Shown: positions 49,426 to 58,893 of the stretch, piece after piece | How the letters are laid out: each line of letters opens with the position of its first letter | Numbering within the stretch: position 1 is the stretch's first letter | Assembly: GCA_044376115.1 (NCBI GenBank) | Contig: JBILLK010000020.1 | Span: 1-64,000, forward strand | Direction of reading: 5' to 3' | DNA: 64,000 nt | Source: Polyangiaceae bacterium | GTDB lineage: Bacteria > Myxococcota_A > Polyangia > Polyangiales > Polyangiaceae | Made by a program: the position numbers and the translations under genes | The notes under the pieces: model-generated | The model's database searches: none | Told to the model about the DNA's origin: nothing | Seen by the model: the letters and a program-made list of their open reading frames with translations, nothing else

Positions 49426-52400
49426 CTACTTTTTGAAGAGCTTACCGAGCAATCCCGTTTCGTCTTTGCGCTTCTTGTCACGGCGCATCTGATTCAGTCG
49501 CACCTCGCGCACGGCGTCGATGTTCTTGGGATTCAACTGCACGGCGAGCTTGAAGTCCCGCATCGCCTTCTCTTCCTTACCACTGCGCTTTAGCAAGACT
49601 GCACGGTAGTAGAGAGCTCGCTCGAACATTGGGTCTTTGACCAACACGCCGTCGAGGATGCTCACGAGATCGTCGTAAAAGGTGCTTGTTTTGCCTTCGG
49701 GGACAACCGGTGGATCTCCGCGCCGTAGGGCCTGAATCCAGGTTAAGAGCGCGATGTACTCAACCTGCTCCGGGTCCGCGAGGGCCGCCCGCTTGGCAAA
49801 ACCCTCCGCAGCTGCAAGGTCATTCTTCTTGAGCATGACCTCGGCTTTTTGGTGCTCTATCGACGCGTCCACGACACGTTGCACGACGTCGGCCTCAGTC
49901 TCTCCGCCGCCTTTGCCTAAGCTCTTGACGTAGTCAAAGCGCTTTACCGGATCGTTCAGGCAGTTGTAGGCCTCGTTGAGCTGCGCAAAAATTGTGGAGA
50001 CGGTGTTCTTGACCTCGGCGAGCTCGGCAGGCAGCCGGTCGGGGTGCCACAGCTTGGCCATCTTGAAGTACGCCGCTTGGATCTGCGGATCCGTGGCGTC
50101 CTCACCGACACCGAGTAGCTCAAAGTGGTTCTCGTTTGCGATGCGACCCGCCTTTGTCTCGATCTCCTGCCAGCGATGTTTGTGATCCATCGACAAATGC
50201 GCCGGCGGCCCCTTTTTGGGCGCAGCAGGTGGGGCGCTCGCTCGTGGGGGTATGCTTCCCGATGCCTGCGGGATCCCGAAGGCTTGGGCCGCAGAGACAG
50301 CGGAGGTGGCACCGAACGTCGGCTCCTGAAAGTTCTGCCCGAACGGCCCCGACGGCGCTTGGGGAGCGTAGGCTTGTTGCTGCTGAGCCAACTGCTGAGC
50401 GTAGGCCTGTTGCGCGGCCATCGCTTGCTGCTGCTCCAGATAGGCCTGTTGCGCAGCCATCGCTTGCTGCTGCTCCAGATAGGCCTGTTGCGCAGCCATT
50501 GCCTGCTGCTGCTCATAGGCCTGTTGCGCGGCCATCGCTTGCTGTTGCTCTAGATACGCTTGTTGCGCTTGCTGTTGCTCTAGATACGCCTGTTGCGCTT
50601 GCTGTTGCTCTAGATACGCCTGTTGCGCGGCCATCGCTTGCTGTTGCTCTAGATACGCCTGTTGCGCAGCCATCGCTTGTTGCTGTTGCAGGTATGCCTG
50701 CTGCGCTTGTTGCTGTTGCAGGTACGCCTGCTGCGCTTGTTGCTGTTGCAGGTACGCCTGCTGCGCTTGTTGCTGTGGCAGGTACGCCTGCTGTTGGTCC
50801 ACGCTGGCGGCGTAGCCTTGCGGAGCGTTCTGCCCGTAGGGCTGACCGGCAAAGCCAGCTCCAGCCTGAGCACCTTGCACGGCGGCAAGGACAGCCGAAC
50901 TGTCGGTCATGATGAGCGTACCGCCCGCCCCTTCGAGCGCGTCGTCGAACTCGGGGTCTTCGAAGGAGGGCTCCTCCTCAACGGGCTCGACGGGGGTTGG
51001 GTTCACCGGGGCCCACCGCGCAACGGGCGAAGGTTGCGGTGACAGGGCTATCGGGGCTTTCGGTCGACTGCTTTCAGGACCGAGTGCGATGGGTGCGCGA
51101 GGCGACAGAGGCGGAGAACTCTGTCGTTCGTAGGGGCGGGATGGCGGAACCGAATCGGGCGGGGCTGAAAGCCGATCGTTGGAGCGCGGCGGTTCCGGAG
51201 GAGCTGAGACCCGTTGTGGGCGCGGGCCAGCGGAGGGCGCCGACCGCGCGCCGGACGGGGCAGAAGGAGCCGACGGGGCAGAGGGGGCCGACGGAACGGA
51301 AGGGGCCGACCGTTGGTCGGTCGTTCGAATTGCGACCGGGCCAGGCTCCATCACCCCAGACTGCTTGATTCGGTCTCTCGGGGTGACGCCGACAGGAGGC
51401 TTCGCCTGGGCCCCCGCGATCTCCAAATGCCGCGTGATCGTAAGGGCGTAGACCATGAGCTTCACCACGCGATCCGCGGCAACGCTCGCGCCTAGCAACT
51501 CGTCGACGGTGGTCTTCTTGATCCGCAGGAGGTCAGCCACCGCTGCTTCTTCACGATGCAGCTCGAATCGCTTGAGTTCCGCATCGATGTGCAGACCGAT
51601 GGTCCGTTTCCCGAGCTTATTGACCGTCTGCTCGATCAATGGGTCTTCGGAGCGCATCCGAATTCCGGTCATGATCACGGTCAGCGGCTCGACTGGAGTG
51701 AGCTCGGGTCCACCGTAGGTCTCAAGCAAGTTCGAGTCGGCGTAAAACGCGTAACGTGTATCGGGGGGCAACTCGCAAAGGTGCCCGAGCTTGCGCACGA
51801 GCTGCTGCCGAAGAGCACGCAAGATGGTTGCCCCATCAAGCAACCCTTTGGAGACCAAGTAGCGCCCGTGAAGAACCTTCTTCTTCACGATCTCCATCAG
51901 GCTTTGTCGCAGCGTTTGCTCATCGAGCAACCCCATGTCGAGGAGCACGCGGTCGAGCGGCGCGACCATGCCGCCCGTCCTGGCTTTGCACGGCACTCCT
52001 TTCTCGAAATAGACCCCGTGATTGTCGCCGGCCGGGGTCTGAAACAGGGCGGTGCCCGTCAGACGTTGGTCCAACATGTAGACCAGCAAGTGCACCATCG
52101 GTGTCTTGCTGAGCGTGCCCTCGGCGGTGGGGGTGGGAGCTGCAGCTGGCGCTGGAGGCGGCGCTTGCGCTGGCGCCGGCGCTGGAGCAGCCGCGACCGG
52201 TATGACTTGCGCTGCTTTGGCAGCAGGCGGTACGCGCGGCTGGGCTGGGGGCGGGGCGGGGAGTGGTTTCGGCGCTGGTGCTGGCGCCGGATCTGGCAGG
52301 CGCGAAGCTGCAACGGCGGCGGCAACCGCAGCGGCATTTGCGATCTTGGTGGAATCGGCTCCCCTCGCCTCGTCCTCCGCATCGTCGCCCCACGCAACAG

Positions 52401-54516
52401 CTCGGGTCGCCCCTTCGGACTCGAGGCCGTCGTTGGTGTCGTGCTCAGGGTCGAACTCGATGAGGTCATCCTCGGGAGGCGACTGCACGACTGGCGCAAC
52501 CGGAGGAGGCGTCCTTTGATAAACGGGCTCGAGCGGCGCTGGCGTGCGATGCTGCGCCAGCGCAGGTCCGGGAGTATGACCGCCTGAACGCAAGCCGGCA
52601 TTCGAGGCCTGCGGCGGCGGTGGCTGGAAACCTGGTTTTGGTTGCGGTGGACTGAACGGCTGCGGTTTCAGCCCCTGCGGCGGAGCTTGAAGCGGCGGTT
52701 GGTAAGGGTTCGCCTGCGAAGCGAGCAGGGCTGGCGGCGGTTGAAGCGAAGGCGCTGGCTGTGGTGCCGGTTGCGGCGCAGCGGGCCGAGGCTGCGGCGG
52801 AGGCTGCGGTGCCGGTTGCGGCGGAGCGGGCCGAGGCTGCGGCGGAGGCTGCGGTGCCGGTTGCGGCGCAGCGGGCCGAGGCTGCGGCGGAGGCTGCGGC
52901 GGAGGCGCCGGTTGCGGCCCCACGTTGCTCATACCCGAGGGCGTGAACGCCGTGTTTGGTCGGCTCTGCCCCGTTCGGCTTTGCCCAGTATTGGGCAGAC
53001 TCCCAGTGTTCCCACCGCTGGATGGGCGAGCTTGAGCCGCGGCCTTTTGCGCTGCACGCTCTTGTGTAGCTTGAGCGCGCGAACCTTCATCGGCGGGAGA
53101 GATGATTCGAGCGACCTGCTTGCGCGGATCGGTGTGCGGCAGGGCTGCAAGGTCAACGGTAAACGCCGCCGGAAGCGGCCTACCATTGGCGTCGTACATG
53201 ACCTTCACGCGAGGCTGGGCGTATTGACTAGGATGGCTTGGCGCAGCGATCACCAACGCCATTTCACCGGTACCAAGCTGAACCACGGTGCCCGTCGGGA
53301 AGATCCCCAGTGCCGCAACGAGAAGGCGCGTGACCGTGAAGTCGGCCTGATCGGTAGCCTCAGCCTCAAGCTGTGTCAGGGCCTCATCGGCCGTCAGTGG
53401 CTCCGCGCCAGGAGCAGGAGTCAGTAGGTCGTTGAAGCGCCGCGAAGCCGCAACGATGCGCGACTGGAGCGTGGCGGGACGCGCGCCGTGGTAGACCGGA
53501 CCGAGTTCACGCGAACGGCGGATCCAGTGCGCCTCGAAGGCCAATACCGTACGCATGACGGTCGGCTCGTTCACGTGGCCGAGTGCGGTTAGCACGGCTG
53601 CTGTAGCCGCGGGGACCTCCAACTCCTGGGCATCGCTGAGCCGTGGCATGATCGCCGGAGGCGTCGGCCCCACGGTGCCCGTAAGCCGCGGGCGAGCTGT
53701 ATCGAACAGCAACGCCGCCATGCCGACTCGCGCAAGCACCACGATGTCGTCCGTGATTTGGCGTGCAACCGAAACGGAGAGAATGGCCGTGTTGACGGCG
53801 CGACCGGCTTCATCCTGGTTGGCGTTTCGAGCTGCGGTAACGCCCAAGAATGAAGGTGTTTCTCCCCGCGAAAGATCCACCAGCATCTGCGAGATGCGCT
53901 TCACCCGCTGAGGAAGCTCATAACGCCCTCGCTGCAGCTGCTCAAAGAAGCGCCGCATGATGACGATCGCGGACGCATACATGCGCACGACCGCTTGCTT
54001 CTCGTCGAGTCGCTCAACGGAGGCGCCCCGCTTGAGCGCTGCATCCGACACCGCACGAAGGCGCACTCTCGGGGACGGCTTTTCGAGGTTGGTGGCGCGC
54101 TGAGTCTTGTGCGCCTCACTCATCGCCCCGACGAACGCGAACAGATCCTGGCTCGTCACGTTGCGCGCGATGGCTAGCTCCGAGAAGCCATACTTCTTGA
54201 GAATCTCGCCAAGTTCGACCGCGCCTTCGTAGACTTGTCGACTCGCCTTCAGCAGCTGACCACCAACGAAGATCGACCCAAAGGCGAACAGGATGGAGAC
54301 GTTCTGTTCTGTCCGCTGACCGTAGTCGGCGATCAACTTCGCCGTATCTTCGACCTGGCGAACCACTGCCTGATTGTCGAGCGTGTGTAACGTGGCCTGC
54401 TTGGCCAAGCGAAAGATCGCTTGAACTATGCTTGCGCCGAGATCACGCGCTTGCACGCGGCGAACGTTTTCGCCGGCATTCTCGGTCACCAAATCAAGTC
54501 GCGCGGGCTGCGTCAT
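49426..54516 (-). CDS. 1696-aa multidomain protein: degenerate HD-GYP-like, Pro-rich linker, DUF4388-like, Gln-rich repeats, J-domain, TPR
   Basis: RAVNTAILS, AALLFDTAR, LGIFPTGTVVQL; EGTL..TP..HLLVY; HFELLGV...WHPDRL; TPR C-terminus. Confidence 0.8.
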   Translation of the reverse strand: MTQPARLDLVTENAGENVRRVQARDLGASIVQAIFRLAKQATLHTLDNQAVVRQVEDTAKLIADYGQRTEQNVSILFAFGSIFVGGQLLKASRQVYEGAVELGEILKKYGFSELAIARNVTSQDLFAFVGAMSEAHKTQRATNLEKPSPRVRLRAVSDAALKRGASVERLDEKQAVVRMYASAIVIMRRFFEQLQRGRYELPQRVKRISQMLVDLSRGETPSFLGVTAARNANQDEAGRAVNTAILSVSVARQITDDIVVLARVGMAALLFDTARPRLTGTVGPTPPAIMPRLSDAQELEVPAATAAVLTALGHVNEPTVMRTVLAFEAHWIRRSRELGPVYHGARPATLQSRIVAASRRFNDLLTPAPGAEPLTADEALTQLEAEATDQADFTVTRLLVAALGIFPTGTVVQLGTGEMALVIAAPSHPSQYAQPRVKVMYDANGRPLPAAFTVDLAALPHTDPRKQVARIISPADEGSRAQATQERAAQKAAAQARPSSGGNTGSLPNTGQSRTGQSRPNTAFTPSGMSNVGPQPAPPPQPPPQPRPAAPQPAPQPPPQPRPAPPQPAPQPPPQPRPAAPQPAPQPAPSLQPPPALLASQANPYQPPLQAPPQGLKPQPFSPPQPKPGFQPPPPQASNAGLRSGGHTPGPALAQHRTPAPLEPVYQRTPPPVAPVVQSPPEDDLIEFDPEHDTNDGLESEGATRAVAWGDDAEDEARGADSTKIANAAAVAAAVAASRLPDPAPAPAPKPLPAPPPAQPRVPPAAKAAQVIPVAAAPAPAPAQAPPPAPAAAPTPTAEGTLSKTPMVHLLVYMLDQRLTGTALFQTPAGDNHGVYFEKGVPCKARTGGMVAPLDRVLLDMGLLDEQTLRQSLMEIVKKKVLHGRYLVSKGLLDGATILRALRQQLVRKLGHLCELPPDTRYAFYADSNLLETYGGPELTPVEPLTVIMTGIRMRSEDPLIEQTVNKLGKRTIGLHIDAELKRFELHREEAAVADLLRIKKTTVDELLGASVAADRVVKLMVYALTITRHLEIAGAQAKPPVGVTPRDRIKQSGVMEPGPVAIRTTDQRSAPSVPSAPSAPSAPSAPSGARSAPSAGPRPQRVSAPPEPPRSNDRLSAPPDSVPPSRPYERQSSPPLSPRAPIALGPESSRPKAPIALSPQPSPVARWAPVNPTPVEPVEEEPSFEDPEFDDALEGAGGTLIMTDSSAVLAAVQGAQAGAGFAGQPYGQNAPQGYAASVDQQQAYLPQQQAQQAYLQQQQAQQAYLQQQQAQQAYLQQQQAMAAQQAYLEQQQAMAAQQAYLEQQQAQQAYLEQQQAQQAYLEQQQAMAAQQAYEQQQAMAAQQAYLEQQQAMAAQQAYLEQQQAMAAQQAYAQQLAQQQQAYAPQAPSGPFGQNFQEPTFGATSAVSAAQAFGIPQASGSIPPRASAPPAAPKKGPPAHLSMDHKHRWQEIETKAGRIANENHFELLGVGEDATDPQIQAAYFKMAKLWHPDRLPAELAEVKNTVSTIFAQLNEAYNCLNDPVKRFDYVKSLGKGGGETEADVVQRVVDASIEHQKAEVMLKKNDLAAAEGFAKRAALADPEQVEYIALLTWIQALRRGDPPVVPEGKTSTFYDDLVSILDGVLVKDPMFERALYYRAVLLKRSGKEEKAMRDFKLAVQLNPKNIDAVREVRLNQMRRDKKRKDETGLLGKLFKK
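50368..50796. repeat. coding tandem repeat, mostly 30- and 39-bp units, QQQA(MAA)QQAYL(E/Q)
   Basis: recurrent TTGCTGTTGCTCTAGATACGCCTGTTGCGC-type units. Confidence 0.9.
52750..52915. repeat. coding 45-bp tandem repeat, PQPAPQPPPQPRPA(A/P), about 3 copies
   Basis: GGTGCCGGTTGCGGCG..GCGGGCCGAGGCTGCGGCGGAGGCTGC units. Confidence 0.85.
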
Positions 54517-57338
54517 CCGACCACCTCACCAGCGGCCGAGATCCGGAAGCCAGACCGAGCCGCGATCGTTTCAGCAGCGGCCAACGCAGCCTCTCGCAAG
54601 GGCTGGGTATTCCACCAACGACGCTTCGCAGCTTGCAGCACAGCTTCCAAAGCTTCACGCGTTTTTGCGTTGGCACCAAGTAACTCGGCACAAAGCGCTC
54701 TCGTCTGCTCGAGCGAATCATCCACGAGCAGCCCATGCTTCTGCACGATCTCCATCGCCAACTGCTCACCCTTTTGAGCATTCAGTGCGTAGAGCGCGCT
54801 GAGGAGCTCTCGCTTCTCGGTGTGCGCCATCAAGTTGAAGGAGGGGTCTTGAACGCGCTTGACCAGCAGCGGCAACGCTGTCCGTACCTGGTGAAAGGCC
54901 ATCGCGCGCAGCGCCGCAGAACGAACTTCGGGGTTGGGGCTCTCAGCGAGACGACCCAATTCTTCACGCTTTTGTTCCGGAGTCTGCGCCAAGTAGGCTG
55001 TTGCCTCACACTTGACCGTCGCGTTTTGATGGGCCGCGAGACGCCGTAGGCAATCCCATGCGGCCTGACTGTTAGCCGCTGCCAACACCCGAAGAAGTGG
55101 CCGCGCGCTCTCGATGGAGAGCCCGGGAATGCGGTCCGCAATCTCGTTCTCGCGGCCAGTCATGGCCTGCTGCAAGAACTGCAAGAGGACGTTCTTCAGG
55201 TTTTGATGGTTCACTTCATCCAGCGCCGCAACGACGGGCATGATGTGGTCGGCACCGAGCTCCGAGAGCACGAACTGCAAACGTTGTGCGACCCAATCGA
55301 GATCCGCTTGCGGACGCGTTTGCGGCTGGCCCTGCAATACGGCTTGTTGGTTGGAGCGAACAGCCTCCACCAACAGCAGGCGCAGCGTTTCCGGACCGAA
55401 CAGCGAGCGCGTCAGCAGCGGACCGACTGAGCGCGGATCCACCCCGTAAAACCGATGGCGCGAAACCGCCGTCTCGACCGCGCGCCGCAGGGCGTCGTAC
55501 ATCGGGAACAGCACATCGAATCGACGCGACAACACCAAATCGCGGGCGCTGGCGTCCAGGGGCGCGGCAACGAGCTCGACGTCTCGACGTTTGACCGTGT
55601 CGATCAGCGCTTCTGCGAGAACCTCCACGAAGCGCTCGCTCCAACGCTCGGGGCTCGTTTCCAGCTGTGCTGCGACCGCCTTCCGCGCCATCGGATCGAT
55701 GCCCAAGACCTTGGTCGCCGCGCGCACAATCTCGACATTTTGCATGTCAACCTGCACGTTCATTGCAGCTGCTTCAGCACGATTGACCCGCTCCTCCGAG
55801 GCTCGATTCGCCACCGACTCTAGCTGGTCCGACTCTTCGTAGAACGCTTCACGGTCAGCCGCGTCGCCCTCGGCAAACACGTTGATCGCTTCGTACTTGA
55901 TGTTGGTGAGCTGGCGCTCCCAGAGGGCCGTTCCAAGGTCATCCTCCGGCGTGAGGTCGCGCAGCGGATCGATCAGGAAGACCTCGCACAGCGCGCGAAT
56001 CTCTTGATCCGTAACACCCGCCTGGATTCGAAAGTTGCGAATTCCCGCCGCGAAAAGATTGTAGGGCACCACGTCAAAAGGAGCGGTCGGCTCCCAAATA
56101 GTCTGCTGACGATGGACGAAGGAATACGGTAGGAGGCCCCAGTACACGGCCTTGGAGTCTTCCAAGATCGCGTCGTTGATCGCCTGGTGCGCAGCCCTCA
56201 ACTTGTGATCAGCCTCTGGGTGCTGCCAACCGTACTGTCGCACCGTGGGCAGGAGCCGCTCGATTCGACGGAAGAAGTCCACCAGGCGCAGGACCGCCGG
56301 ATCTTGGTCACCTGCCGCAGCCTCAACGACTTCACGCGCGACCGGGGGAGGCCCAACGGTCGAAACCTCCACCGGGGCAGCCGAGGGAGCGACGGCCGAA
56401 GCGACTCCGCGCGCCGCGGCGGCTTCGGGACGATGTGCTGCAAGAATGCGTAGGCACTCCTCCCGCATCGTCTTGGCGGTCTCGAAGCGGTTGCGCGGAT
56501 CCCAGGCGAGAGCCTTGTCGACGAGCGCGATTACCTCAACCGGCAGGTCTGGAGCAACGCGGGCGAGCGACGGGGCTGGCTGGGTTGCAGCTAGGATGAA
56601 CGCCTCATTGTCACTTCGCCCTTGATGGAGGCGTTGCCCGCTCAACACCGCATAAAGCGTGGCGCCGATCGAAAACACGTCCGCCCGACCGTCCACGCCA
56701 TCGGTGAGGCCCATCGCCTGCTCGGGCGCCATAAACGATGGGGTTCCGAGTGCGGTACCCGCTCGGGTCTTGTCGCCGCCAGCTTCGCGCATGCGTGCGA
56801 CGCCGAAGTCGAGCAGCTTGGTGACGCGCTCCTTGGTTACGAAGATGTTCGCGGGCTTGATGTCGCGGTGAACGATGCCGACTTCGTGGAAGGCGTGCAG
56901 AACATCGAGCGAGGCCTCAGCCACCTCCATCGCGTCCGGAATGGAGAGCTTTCTCCCCATTCGCTTCCACATCTGTTGGAGCGTCTCACCTTCGAGGAGC
57001 TCCATCACCAAGAACGGCTCATCCGCCTCGGTAACGTCGTCATCGAGGATCGCTACGCGACCGGGGTGGTCCACGCGATTGGCCACGTAGCCCTCGCGCA
57101 GGAAACGTTCGCGAATGCCTTGGTCGCGCGCAAATTCAGAGTGAAGTAGCTTCAGCGCTACGCGCGAGCCGTTGCGGTGGGTGCAGCCGAACACGGTTGC
57201 CATACCGCCGACGCCCAACATGGAGTCCAGACGGTACTTGCCGTTGATTGTCTTACCAAGGCGAGCTCGCCCACGGGCTTTTTCGTCTTGCCCCGCCGGA
57301 TCGGCGGAAGGGTTCGAAGTAGGGTTATCGGCAGCCAT
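54513..57338 (-). CDS. cytoplasmic Hanks-type Ser/Thr kinase fused to a HEAT-repeat region
   Basis: GVGGMATV, VALK, HRDIKPAN, DFG, GTPSFMAPE; EVRSAALRAM HEAT-like repeats; no TM seen. Confidence 0.92.
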   Translation of the reverse strand: MAADNPTSNPSADPAGQDEKARGRARLGKTINGKYRLDSMLGVGGMATVFGCTHRNGSRVALKLLHSEFARDQGIRERFLREGYVANRVDHPGRVAILDDDVTEADEPFLVMELLEGETLQQMWKRMGRKLSIPDAMEVAEASLDVLHAFHEVGIVHRDIKPANIFVTKERVTKLLDFGVARMREAGGDKTRAGTALGTPSFMAPEQAMGLTDGVDGRADVFSIGATLYAVLSGQRLHQGRSDNEAFILAATQPAPSLARVAPDLPVEVIALVDKALAWDPRNRFETAKTMREECLRILAAHRPEAAAARGVASAVAPSAAPVEVSTVGPPPVAREVVEAAAGDQDPAVLRLVDFFRRIERLLPTVRQYGWQHPEADHKLRAAHQAINDAILEDSKAVYWGLLPYSFVHRQQTIWEPTAPFDVVPYNLFAAGIRNFRIQAGVTDQEIRALCEVFLIDPLRDLTPEDDLGTALWERQLTNIKYEAINVFAEGDAADREAFYEESDQLESVANRASEERVNRAEAAAMNVQVDMQNVEIVRAATKVLGIDPMARKAVAAQLETSPERWSERFVEVLAEALIDTVKRRDVELVAAPLDASARDLVLSRRFDVLFPMYDALRRAVETAVSRHRFYGVDPRSVGPLLTRSLFGPETLRLLLVEAVRSNQQAVLQGQPQTRPQADLDWVAQRLQFVLSELGADHIMPVVAALDEVNHQNLKNVLLQFLQQAMTGRENEIADRIPGLSIESARPLLRVLAAANSQAAWDCLRRLAAHQNATVKCEATAYLAQTPEQKREELGRLAESPNPEVRSAALRAMAFHQVRTALPLLVKRVQDPSFNLMAHTEKRELLSALYALNAQKGEQLAMEIVQKHGLLVDDSLEQTRALCAELLGANAKTREALEAVLQAAKRRWWNTQPLREAALAAAETIAARSGFRISAAGEVVG

Positions 57339-57420
57339 TCGTTCCGCGGGCAAAGCGGAGCGAAAAAGCTAACACCCCTTTTTGAGGTTGTGGGGATTTG
57401 TCGCGCCCTCCAACGCAGAC

Positions 57421-57940
57421 CATTCCGCCGGAGGCGGATGCAGCAACAAGAATGACTCGCGCCCTCTTCGAGAAAAACCGCCGAAGGCCCGTTGAACCTT
57501 CGACTTTGGCACGAGTCATTCCGCCGGAGGCGGATGCAGTGAACAGAATGACTCGTGCCCTCTTCGAGAGAATCGGCCGAAGGCCCCGATGAACCTTTGA
57601 CTTGGCACGAGTCATTCCGCCGGAGGCGGATGCAGCAACAAGAACCGGAGTGGACAGAGTCCACGAAGTGGACGGAGTCCGCGGAGGTCTACGGAGTGCC
57701 GAAGGCACGAAGTGAATGACTCGCGCCCTCTTCGAGAAAAACCGCCGAAGGCCCGTTGAACCTTCGACTTTGGCACGAGTCATTCCGCCGGAGGCGGTGC
57801 AGCAACAAGAACCGGAGTGGACAGAGTCCACGAAGTGGACGGAGTCCGCGGAGGTCTACGGAGTGCCGAAGGCACGAAGTGAATGACTCGCGCCCTCTTC
57901 GAGAACAACCGCCGAAGGCCCTTTGATGCACGAGTCATTC
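57421..57940. repeat. REP/BIME-like mosaic of palindromic modules, A-B-A-B'-A-C-B-A-C-B''
   Basis: B at 57450-57521, 57546-57617, 57714-57785, 57881-57940 bounded by GAATGACTCG(C/T)GCC/GGCACGAGTCATTC; C at 57642-57713 and 57809-57880 identical; A contains CCGCC-GGA-GGCGG. Confidence 0.93.
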
Positions 57941-58014
57941 CCTCCGCTCCCACCTTTCCTGCGGGAACTTCTCGGCGGATTGACGTTCTACAGACCGCTC
58001 GACATGAGGCTCCC

Positions 58015-58893
58015 ATGAATCGACGGACATCTCTCCTACCGTTCGCTGTCGCCGGCTTTGCCTCGGCAGTGCTGGTCTCCGACGCATTTCAGCTGGGTGG
58101 GAGCCCGTCGGACGGCCCCATCCGAGGCTTCGTCACCCTGCTAACACCGCTGCTTACGCTGGCAGTGGGGGCCTTGGCCCTGAGGCCCCGCTTTACGCCT
58201 TTCGCCGCCGCCCTTGTGGCGGGCCTGCTAAGCGTGCTCAGCGCCGGAGCGATGGCGCTCGTCATTTCGCGCGTTGCTTGGGTCAAGAGCGGGTTATCAC
58301 TGCCCCTCGGCGGCAGCCTGCTGGCGGCTAGTTGTGTCGGCCCCTGTCTCGGGTTGCTCGCTTGGCTCGAGCAACGGGCTGGGCGGGCGCGAGCCGACTC
58401 GCTGATCGCGGACATTGACACGCGCGCCAGCTGGTTTGCGCTCGCTGCGCTCACAGCGGCTGCGTCACTCGCGCTGCAGCTCGCGGAGTTCGTGCCAAGC
58501 TACGGACCGCGACTCGCTTCGCTGGGCACTGGAGCGCTAGCCACGCTCATGGTGCTTTGGTTTTGTGGTCGTAGCCTGTGGGCGTGGGGAACAGCGACCG
58601 CGGCAGAAAAGGCCGCGACCCGAATGGCGCCGACCCAAAGCGCGAGTTCCACGCTGCGCTTGGATCTCGGGCTCGGTGAGGACTTGGTGGAGGAGGCGGC
58701 GGGGAGCTCCGCCTACCGCTCGGCCACGGTCCGCAAGCAAATCTGGGGCTCGCCGAATGTCGCCGTTAGGGTCGCCAAGAACCACGCGATGGTTGCAGTG
58801 GCGCTAACTGCGCTGGTCGTAGGCGGTGCGGCCGCAGTCGCGTTCGACTCGGGGCTTCAAGCCCTCAATCATTTGCGAGCAGGCGAGCGATGA
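58015..58893 (+). CDS. hypothetical multi-pass membrane protein
   Basis: several hydrophobic segments; LDLGLGED...SAYRS cytoplasmic motif. Confidence 0.75.
   Translation: MNRRTSLLPFAVAGFASAVLVSDAFQLGGSPSDGPIRGFVTLLTPLLTLAVGALALRPRFTPFAAALVAGLLSVLSAGAMALVISRVAWVKSGLSLPLGGSLLAASCVGPCLGLLAWLEQRAGRARADSLIADIDTRASWFALAALTAAASLALQLAEFVPSYGPRLASLGTGALATLMVLWFCGRSLWAWGTATAAEKAATRMAPTQSASSTLRLDLGLGEDLVEEAAGSSAYRSATVRKQIWGSPNVAVRVAKNHAMVAVALTALVVGGAAAVAFDSGLQALNHLRAGER

Noticed and set aside
57506..57785. sigma54 promoters at TGGCACG in module B
   Set aside because: The -24 box matches, but the -12 position reads ATTC rather than TTGC, and the motif is one arm of the inverted repeat.
57421..57940. 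CRISPR array
   Set aside because: The would-be spacers are themselves repeated and palindromic, the period is irregular (96, 168, 167 bp) and there are no cas genes.
57158..58016. Short ORFs across the repeat mosaic and the N-terminal extension of ORF 57883
   Set aside because: These are repetitive translations of non-coding modules; ATG 58015 is the better start.
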